A stretch of DNA of 64,000 nucleotides. Source: Deltaproteobacteria bacterium. Lineage in GTDB: Bacteria > Desulfobacterota > Desulfobulbia > Desulfobulbales > JAJRZW01. The DNA lies in the NCBI GenBank assembly GCA_024275015.1, contig JAJRZW010000001.1, positions 706 to 64,705 on the forward strand, written 5' to 3'. A program made the position numbers and the translations under genes. The notes beneath the pieces are model-generated. The model worked only from the letters and a program-made list of their open reading frames with translations. It searched no databases and was not told where the DNA came from. This document shows positions 57,368 through 64,000 of this stretch, one piece after another. How positions within the stretch are numbered: position 1 is the first letter of the stretch; every line of letters starts with the position of its first letter.

Positions 57368-57437
57368 ACGACCGGTGTGCATTTGCTTGTGGGCGCCGGG
57401 ATAATCTGCTAATAAAAAAGACCTGCCCGTACCAAAA

Positions 57438-57525
57438 GCCCGGGTGGCGGAACTGGTAGACGCAAGGGACTTAAAATCCCTCGGAGTTCATCTCTGTGCG
57501 AGTTCGATTCTCGCCCCGGGCACCA
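57438..57525 (+). tRNA. tRNA-Leu (anticodon TAA)
   Basis: Acceptor GCCCGGG/CCCGGGC, anticodon stem-loop AGGGACTTAAAATCCCT, long variable arm, T-arm GCGAGTTCGATTCTCGC, encoded CCA. Confidence 0.9.
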
Positions 57526-57648
57526 GTAAAATCAAGGACTTTCCGTTGGCCGGTCAGTTCCGTTTTTCACGCGCTTTTGGCTAATTTGACTACGCCGTCA
57601 TGGATTCAGCAACATGCCACCTGCCCATAATCCCCCACCTGTCCTGTA

Positions 57649-58977
57649 ATGACTGAAATCTTTCCGCCAGGGGTCAAGCGCATGAAGGGGATAACAGCCG
57701 GGATCACTGCCGCCGATATCGTCTTTGACCGCGAGCATGTCTGGCACCCATATTCCTCCATGGTCAGTCCGCCGCCGGTGTGGCCGGTGTCCGGTGCCGT
57801 GGGCTGCCGGATAACTCTTGCCGACGGTCGGGAACTGGTGGACGGGATGGCTTCGTGGTGGTCGGCGATTCATGGTTATGGTCATCCGCGCCTGAACGCT
57901 GCCGCCCATGAGCAGATTGACCGTTTTTCCCATGTGATGTTCGGGGGGTTGACCCATGAATCGGCGATCGGGCTCTGCCGCCGCCTGGTGAGTCTTACCC
58001 CCGGAGGGCTTGATCGGGTATTTCTCTGCGACTCCGGCTCGGTGGCGGTGGAGGTGGCGATCAAGATGGCGCTTCAGTATCACCATGCCCGTGGGCGGTC
58101 GGAAAAACACCGGCTGGTCACGATAAGAAACGGCTACCACGGTGATACTTTCGCGGCGATGAGCGTCTGTGACCCGGTGACCGGGATGCACGGTATTTTC
58201 AAAGGCGTTCTGTCGGAGCAGCTTTTCGTCCCGGCCCCGCAGGTCACATTTGACGGGGAATTTGACGAGGCCGATATAGCCCCCCTGGCCGCGTTGATTG
58301 AACAACATTGCCATGAACTCGCGGCCCTTATCCTTGAGCCGGTGGTCCAGGGCGCCGGTGGGATGCGTTTTTATTCTCCGGCCTATCTTGCCCGGGCCCG
58401 GGATCTCTGCGACCGTTACGATATCCTCCTGATCGCCGATGAGATTGCCACCGGCTTCGGCCGTACCGGCAGGCTTTTTGCCTGTGAGCACGCAAAGGTC
58501 AGTCCCGATATTCTCTGCCTCGGCAAGGCGATGACCGGCGGTTACCTGTCGCTCGCCGCCACCCTGACTACCGCCGGGATTGCCGAAACCATCTGTTCCG
58601 GCGCGGCGGGCTGTTTCATGCATGGTCCCACCTTCATGGGCAACCCTCTCGCCTGCCGGATTGCCTGTGAGAGTATTGATCTGTTGCTGGAGTCTGACTG
58701 GAAGAGGCGGGTCGCGGCCATAGAGACCCGGACAGGACAAGGCCTTGCCCCCTGTGCCGACCTTGAGACGGTGAAAGATGTACGGGTTCTCGGGGGAATC
58801 GGGGTGGTCGAACTGCGGGAGGCGCCGGACGGCGGCGTGCTTCAGGAGATGCTGGTGGCCGAGGGAGTGTGGGTCAGGCCCTTTGGTCGCCTGGTCTATA
58901 TCATGCCTGCCTATACCATCAGTGACGCGGAGGTCGATTGTCTGACCGCAGCTATATTCAATGTTCTTTCGTCGTGA
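57649..58977 (+). CDS. bioA: adenosylmethionine-8-amino-7-oxononanoate aminotransferase
   Basis: 442 aa with [17 protein letters not shown] and [12 protein letters not shown], plus the PLP lysine context [10 protein letters not shown]. Confidence 0.92.
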   Translation: MTEIFPPGVKRMKGITAGITAADIVFDREHVWHPYSSMVSPPPVWPVSGAVGCRITLADGRELVDGMASWWSAIHGYGHPRLNAAAHEQIDRFSHVMFGGLTHESAIGLCRRLVSLTPGGLDRVFLCDSGSVAVEVAIKMALQYHHARGRSEKHRLVTIRNGYHGDTFAAMSVCDPVTGMHGIFKGVLSEQLFVPAPQVTFDGEFDEADIAPLAALIEQHCHELAALILEPVVQGAGGMRFYSPAYLARARDLCDRYDILLIADEIATGFGRTGRLFACEHAKVSPDILCLGKAMTGGYLSLAATLTTAGIAETICSGAAGCFMHGPTFMGNPLACRIACESIDLLLESDWKRRVAAIETRTGQGLAPCADLETVKDVRVLGGIGVVELREAPDGGVLQEMLVAEGVWVRPFGRLVYIMPAYTISDAEVDCLTAAIFNVLSS

Positions 58978-59013
58978 TGATTTTTTATCGCAAAGTAGCG
59001 ATGTTACGGCTCA

Positions 59014-60540
59014 TCACCCTTCCCCGGGTGGGCGACGGTACTGGATGGCCTCGGCCAGGTGGGGGGCGCGGATGTCTTTCTCGCCGGCCAGGTCGGCGAT
59101 TGTCCGGGCGACCTTGATGATCCGGTGGCAGCTTCGGGCCGAAAGGGCCAGGCGGTCGGCGGCCCGGACCAGCAGGGTCTCTCCTTCACTGTCAAGACGG
59201 CAATAGCGTTCGATCGCCATCGGGACGAGGACGCTGTTCCAGGCCCTGCCGTTACCGTTGCTCCGGCCGGCCTGAACGTCTCTTGCTGTTTGCACCCGTT
59301 TTCTGATCGCGGTTGAACTTTCACCTTTATGGTCTTTTTTCATCTCCCGCCATGGTACTGCCGGAACTTCCACATGCATGTCTATGCGGTCCAGCAGGGG
59401 GCCGGAGAGCCGGGAGGTGTAGCGTCGGATCTGGACTTCGTTACAGGTACAATCATGGCGGGGATCGCCGAAAAAACCGCAGGGACATGGATTCATTGCC
59501 CCGATCAAAAGAAAGGCGGCGGGAAAGGTGAGGGAGGTCGCGGCCCGGGAAATGGTTACCACCCCGTCTTCCATGGGCTGGCGCATTACTTCGAGGACGT
59601 TGCGGCGGAACTCCGGCAGTTCATCCAGGAACAGGACGCCATTATGGGCCAGGGTCACCTCGCCGGGACGGGGGATATTGCCCCCGCCGATGAGACCGGC
59701 ATCGGAGATGGTGTGGTGCGGGGCGCGGAATGGCCGCTGTCGCACCAGGGTTCCGGTCTTCTTCAGCATCCCGGCGACGCTCATGATTCTGGAGGTCTCA
59801 AGGGTCTCCTCAAAGGAGAGTTCCGGCATGATTGTCGGCACCCGCCGGGCCAGCATGGTCTTGCCGGTGCCGGGTGGGCCTTTTAAAAGGATATTATGGT
59901 TCCCGGCCACGGCGACCTCCAGAGCCCGTTTGACCGATTCCTGGCCCCGGACCTCGGAAAAATCGATTGTTGTTGACTCTTCGGGGTCATCATCCACATT
60001 GATCCCCGGCGGCAGCGGCGCAATTTCGCGTTTCCCGGCGATAAATTCCACCGCTGTTGCCAGATCCTCCACCGCGATGACTTTGATTCCGGCCACTGCC
60101 GCGGCTTCGCGGCCGTTTTTTGTCGGGACCATGACCTGCTTTCTGCCACTGTCCCGGGCGGCGATGACCATCGGCAAAATGCCGTTTACCGGCCGGAGCT
60201 CACCATCAAGGGAAAGTTCTCCCATGATCATCATCGTTTTTAGTGTTGAAGCGGGAATCAGATCGCAGGCGGTGAGGATGCCGATGGCAATGGGTAGGTC
60301 GTAGGTGGAGCCGGCTTTTTTCAGGTCGGCCGGGGCGAGGTTTACGGTGATCCTGCGGCTGGGAAAATCGTAACCTGAGTTTTTGATTGCGGCCCGAACC
60401 CGGTCTTTACTTTCCCTGACCGCGCCTTCGGGCAGTCCTACGGTGGTAAAGGCCGGCAGACCGGCGGCAAGATCGACCTCGACATCGATTTCGATCCCCT
60501 CAACCCCGATTACCGCGCCGCTCGTTACTTTTGCGATCAT
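59014..60540 (-). CDS. comM: YifB/ComM-family Mg-chelatase-like AAA+ ATPase
   Basis: 508 aa with an N-terminal Lon-like ChlI domain (DLPIAIGIL), Walker A GPPGTGKT and a C-terminal Mg_chelatase_C region. Confidence 0.92.
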   Translation of the reverse strand: MIAKVTSGAVIGVEGIEIDVEVDLAAGLPAFTTVGLPEGAVRESKDRVRAAIKNSGYDFPSRRITVNLAPADLKKAGSTYDLPIAIGILTACDLIPASTLKTMMIMGELSLDGELRPVNGILPMVIAARDSGRKQVMVPTKNGREAAAVAGIKVIAVEDLATAVEFIAGKREIAPLPPGINVDDDPEESTTIDFSEVRGQESVKRALEVAVAGNHNILLKGPPGTGKTMLARRVPTIMPELSFEETLETSRIMSVAGMLKKTGTLVRQRPFRAPHHTISDAGLIGGGNIPRPGEVTLAHNGVLFLDELPEFRRNVLEVMRQPMEDGVVTISRAATSLTFPAAFLLIGAMNPCPCGFFGDPRHDCTCNEVQIRRYTSRLSGPLLDRIDMHVEVPAVPWREMKKDHKGESSTAIRKRVQTARDVQAGRSNGNGRAWNSVLVPMAIERYCRLDSEGETLLVRAADRLALSARSCHRIIKVARTIADLAGEKDIRAPHLAEAIQYRRPPGEG

Positions 60541-60681
60541 AAAAGATTCTGTATCCTGTCAGGAAATATGATAGCACTCAATAAACCCCACCCCCACGCT
60601 ATAATGTCACGGTCTGTAAGGGTTTCAGGGAGCGCTTACGGAAATATAGTCGCGGCCGGGAGGTGATGCCGGGGGGGCGTT

Positions 60682-61068
60682 TCAGGCAGAGAACTCTTCA
60701 TCGGCTTCGTTAAAATCGATGGTGTTGGCCCAGATGAAGTACTCCAGTTGTTCAAGCTGTTTTTTAGTCAGTTTTTTGAACTGTACCCCGCAGCGGCGGG
60801 TGATGTTGATCCCGTCATTGATGGCGCAGTCGGAGATGACTTTCAGGGGTATGTCTTCAAGGCAGAGTTCACCGTTACCAAAGAGGATGCCTAAATCAGA
60901 CGGGGGCATGTCTTTCCATTCACCCCGGTCAACGTATCTGAAGGCAAGGCCGCCGCGGCTGATATCGATGATCTCGCCGACCCTGGAATTGAGGGCGCAT
61001 GTGCCTGATTTGGCCCGGTAACGTTTATGTGCTCTTCGTTCGTTTTCGCCTGCCTTCTTTTCACTCAT
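60682..61068 (-). CDS. PilZ-domain protein
   Basis: RRAHKRY and DISRGGLAF match the RxxxR / DxSxxG c-di-GMP-binding motifs. ATG 61068 preferred over 61101. Confidence 0.7.
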   Translation of the reverse strand: MSEKKAGENERRAHKRYRAKSGTCALNSRVGEIIDISRGGLAFRYVDRGEWKDMPPSDLGILFGNGELCLEDIPLKVISDCAINDGINITRRCGVQFKKLTKKQLEQLEYFIWANTIDFNEADEEFSA

Positions 61069-61084
61069 AGAGTTCGGAAATGGT

Positions 61085-61453
61085 TTACGCCTCACCCTCA
61101 CAATTATTGATGATGAAATTTTTTATCCTTGCCTGCTGATTTGCGTCGATCCCCACGAATTCCAATGACAGACGCTGCATTTTGATTGCGCTCTGGGGAA
61201 TCTGGTTATTCCCGGCCCGGCGGGAACGCACGCGAAAGGTAATTTGATCAAGACAGAGATTGTCGTTACCGAAGATATGACCGGTACCCTGATTTATCGG
61301 GTCCCATTCTTCCTGTCGGAGACAGGTGAAGGACAGACCCCCGATGCTGATATCGATTATTCGGCCGAATCGGGTTGAATCCATGGCGAAAAAACCATTT
61401 TTTACCCGATACCTTTTTGACTCTCTGCGTTCTCTTTCCATCGTACCGCGCAT
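61085..61453 (-). CDS. PilZ-domain protein (tandem paralog)
   Basis: RRESKRY and DISIGGLSF motifs, with the same architecture as the downstream gene. Confidence 0.7.
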   Translation of the reverse strand: MRGTMERERRESKRYRVKNGFFAMDSTRFGRIIDISIGGLSFTCLRQEEWDPINQGTGHIFGNDNLCLDQITFRVRSRRAGNNQIPQSAIKMQRLSLEFVGIDANQQARIKNFIINNCEGEA

Positions 61454-61611
61454 TGGTAAAACCTCCCGGATTACGGAAATATAATTTGTCCTTCCGTTAT
61501 TCCTCCGTTTCTGATTTTACCGTAAAAAAGGAAAAAAGAGAATAAACAAAATCTCTGATCTCCAGGGACGTCGGCTGTCAACGGGGTCGGGTGATCAGTA
61601 GTTGAGTGCTT

Positions 61612-61738
61612 CATTAACACCACCCTGCACGCGCTTTAATCCTTTAATGTACCTAAAATTATAATCAAAGGGGGTAAAACGCGCGCATGGCGGTGTCCCT
61701 GAAGTTTTTACAGAGTGCGTCTTTTTTGTATCAGGTGC
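61612..61738 (+). repeat. family-F repeat copy F2
   Basis: Homologous to 13438-13560. TTAATC-18 nt-TATAAT at 61636-61665. Confidence 0.7.
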
Positions 61739-61740
61739 GT

Positions 61741-61898
61741 TTAACAGTCTGTTGAAAAACGGACTGTATGCGGCTGATGTCCGCGCCGTCGATTTTGCCG
61801 GGTTGAAAAACCCGGTGAAATCGAGAGTTCGGCCGGAAATTGTTTTGGCCAGCCGGAGAGATAAAAAGCCATGGACGGCTTTTTCAACAGTCTGTTAA
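61741..61898 (-). mobile_element. family-A MITE copy A13
   Basis: Full copy flanked by TTAA/TTAA. TIRs CAGTCTGTTGAAAAA and TTTTTCAACAGTCTG. Confidence 0.8.
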
Positions 61899-61912
61899 TT
61901 GATCGCTTGCGA

Positions 61913-62512
61913 TCAGTAAACCGGAACCAGAATGAGGTTACCATTATGGTCGAATATCACTCCTTCCGGGGTGATCTCGTGAACGGTGATTCCTGGCTCA
62001 ACCTCATCGCCCTGGTGGAGGATACGGCCATTGACGCTGGCCATGCGCGCGGCCGGAGTGTCGGAATAAAAGTGGGCCGATATCTTCAGTTGTGGCAGGC
62101 GGTTGGAAGGTTTTGCAGGCAGATCGGCCAGGTGGGTCACCCCGGTGGTTTTTTTATTCCCTGGGGCATGCGCGGGTGCGGCAGTCGGGATTGCCGCGAT
62201 CGGGACCGGGGCGTTGTTGTCAGTTTTTGCCGTGTCTTCTTTTAAACCGGGGGGGGCAATGGTGATTACGGCCACTGCCTTTGGCGCCGGAGGGTGTGGC
62301 GGTGCCGGGATCTCGATTGCCCCCTGGTCGCGGTTGAGAAGGAAGACGATAACCGCGATAATCGCGACCACGCAGACCGCGGCAAGGATTTTTATCGGCG
62401 TCTTCTTCCCCGGTGGCGTAAGGATGTCGCCGTGCAGGGAGGAGATGTCCGGAACCTGTCCCTGCCGACGTTCCTGCTCCGATTTTTTTAAGGCTTCAAG
62501 GATATATGACAT
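61913..62512 (-). CDS. GspB-like (T2SS protein B family) membrane protein
   Basis: 199 aa from MSYILEALKKSEQER (typical GspB N-terminus), one TM segment, and a C-terminal ASVNGRILHQGDEV...VHEITPEGVIF motif. Confidence 0.6.
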   Translation of the reverse strand: MSYILEALKKSEQERRQGQVPDISSLHGDILTPPGKKTPIKILAAVCVVAIIAVIVFLLNRDQGAIEIPAPPHPPAPKAVAVITIAPPGLKEDTAKTDNNAPVPIAAIPTAAPAHAPGNKKTTGVTHLADLPAKPSNRLPQLKISAHFYSDTPAARMASVNGRILHQGDEVEPGITVHEITPEGVIFDHNGNLILVPVY

Positions 62513-62585
62513 GATTAGGGTTAAATCCCGGTTCTGTGATCGTGTTCGTTCGTGGCCTAAAGGCCGTTCCCGCAATAGGCCCGGT

Positions 62586-64000
62586 TCAAGGTTGTGGGAG
62601 CTGCATTTCGGCCGCGAATACTCCGTCGGTGAAGACCGGGCCGGTTCCCCGACGGAAGCGGTTTATTACCACAATGGTCTCCGGGCCGGCGATGCCGTCG
62701 GCGGAGAGCATATGTTCTTTCTGGATTTTTTTTATTTTTTCGCCGAGGTCCGGGGCGAAATCACCGTTGCGGCCGGGGGTAAGGATACGGCGCAGCCAGG
62801 TGACTCCGGGGCCGCTGTCGCCGTTTTTTAGTGGGTGGCGGTATCCCGGCGGCGGTTGCCAGAAAATGGTGAACTGGCCGTCCCAGCGTCGGGCCAGATC
62901 GGCGTAGGACATTCGGCGGGTGGCGGCGGGGGTGACAATGGTGACCCCGTTTTTGTTCCTGCCGGTGATCAGAGCGGGTCTGTATGCGCCGTTGGCGTTT
63001 TTTATCCGGACCAGGGCCGGGCGGCCAAGCCCGACCAGGGTACCGATACTGCCACGGGCGGTAAGACAGGAAAGACCGGCGGCAGTGGCGGCGGTGCAGG
63101 CAGTGGCACCCGGGCGCGGGGCCGGGATATCCCACAGACGACAGAGTTCAATCGCCGGGTCATCGCCGTTTGTCGGTGCCGGTTTTATGGCCGTAACCGG
63201 GCTTGCGGTTTTGTGTTGTAACAGGATGACGATCGGGCTGTAGGGAGAGACGGAGAGAAAAAGGATAATCGCGGCAACGGCGATGGCCGCCAGAATCACG
63301 GTCAGGGGGCGGATAAGTATGGGCCTGGGCAGAACTTCTTTTGCCGCCCGGTTGAGGATGGAGCTGCTGACCTTTTTTTTGTCGTCGGCGTAGGCACCGA
63401 GGAGACAGCGGTCGCAGATGACGTTGATCAGGCGCGGAATTCCCCGGCTTAAGCGATGTATGGTGGTCAGAAGCGCATCCGGGAAGGGATTGTCGTCGTG
63501 GCCCGCAATCCGGAGACGGTGTTTTATGTACGCTCTGGTCTCGATCCGGTTCAAGGGCTCAATATGGTAACGGGCGGTGATCCGTTGCGATAATTGCCGT
63601 AACTCCGGGCGTTCCAGGAGCTCATTTAATTCCGGCTGTCCCAGGAGGATTATTTGCAGGAGTTTTCTTCTGTCGGTTTCAAGGTTGGTCAAAAGCCGTA
63701 CCTGTTCCAGAACCTCCGGAGTCAGATTCTGGGCCTCGTCGATAATAAGCAGGACCCTGGTGCCGTCGCGGTTGGCATTGAGGAGGTAATGGTTGATCGC
63801 GTCCACCAGGGTCTTGATACTGCCGTGTTCATGATCCACCTGGATCTCAAGTTCATCGCAGATGGTGGCCAGAAGCTCGACCGCGGTGACCTTGGGGTTG
63901 ATGATAAAGGCGACCTCGGTATCTTCGGAGAGCTGGGCCAGAAGGCAGCGGCATACGGTGGTCTTGCCGGTGCCGACCTCGCCGGTTAAAAGGACGAACC
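62586..64000 (-). CDS. ExeA/GspA-like AAA ATPase with C-terminal peptidoglycan-binding domain, 5' end outside window
   Basis: Frame is open to the window edge (LLTGEVGTGKTT Walker A at 63950-63985). Also DEAQNL, a TM segment and a PG_binding-like GDSGPGVTWLRRIL...ADGIAGPET. ORF-track start 63839 is internal. Confidence 0.85.
   Translation of the reverse strand, partial: FVLLTGEVGTGKTTVCRCLLAQLSEDTEVAFIINPKVTAVELLATICDELEIQVDHEHGSIKTLVDAINHYLLNANRDGTRVLLIIDEAQNLTPEVLEQVRLLTNLETDRRKLLQIILLGQPELNELLERPELRQLSQRITARYHIEPLNRIETRAYIKHRLRIAGHDDNPFPDALLTTIHRLSRGIPRLINVICDRCLLGAYADDKKKVSSSILNRAAKEVLPRPILIRPLTVILAAIAVAAIILFLSVSPYSPIVILLQHKTASPVTAIKPAPTNGDDPAIELCRLWDIPAPRPGATACTAATAAGLSCLTARGSIGTLVGLGRPALVRIKNANGAYRPALITGRNKNGVTIVTPAATRRMSYADLARRWDGQFTIFWQPPPGYRHPLKNGDSGPGVTWLRRILTPGRNGDFAPDLGEKIKKIQKEHMLSADGIAGPETIVVINRFRRGTGPVFTDGVFAAEMQLPQP

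Noticed and set aside
57598-58740. 380-aa ORF on the minus strand
   Set aside because: Antisense to bioA, which has unmistakable aminotransferase motifs. The Arg/Gly/Pro-rich composition is typical of shadow ORFs.

Overview
GC-rich bacterial chromosomal window. The gene content suggests an anaerobic deltaproteobacterium or Desulfobulbales-like organism (HesB-like selenoprotein, AmmeMemoRadiSam system, cytochrome bd, FlgO-like lipoproteins, Cus-type RND efflux); that taxonomic guess is inference only. Most genes are housekeeping: glyS, folE2, dksA, dnaJ, rpoZ, purA, tatA/tatC, cydAB, ahpC-like peroxiredoxin, ribF, hflKC, thiE, gltA, glnS, gltX, uvrD/pcrA-like, folC, fur, pfkA, bioA and comM/yifB, plus two tRNA-Leu genes. 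Five things stand out. (1) An AmmeMemoRadiSam operon (52569-57318) has a MEMO-AMMECR1 fusion with a signal-like N-terminus, a radical SAM enzyme with a twin-arginine motif, and an inserted polytopic spermidine-synthase-like membrane protein. (2) A HesB-like selenoprotein gene has an in-frame UGA, a candidate SECIS hairpin and an apparent 1-nt frameshift. (3) Both genes of a two-component system are interrupted by single in-frame stop codons. (4) Nearly every intergenic region carries copies of at least six short repeat families. One is a ~155-bp multi-hairpin MITE with 16-bp terminal inverted repeats and visible 4-bp target-site duplications. These repeats inflate ORF-track N-termini and in places supply start codons, stop codons or C-terminal residues. 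(5) Two small accessory-looking clusters: a BtrH_N/DUF4872 protein with a B12-radical SAM enzyme, and four lipoproteins that include two FlgO-like paralogs. No CRISPR array, rRNA, integrase or transposase gene was seen.
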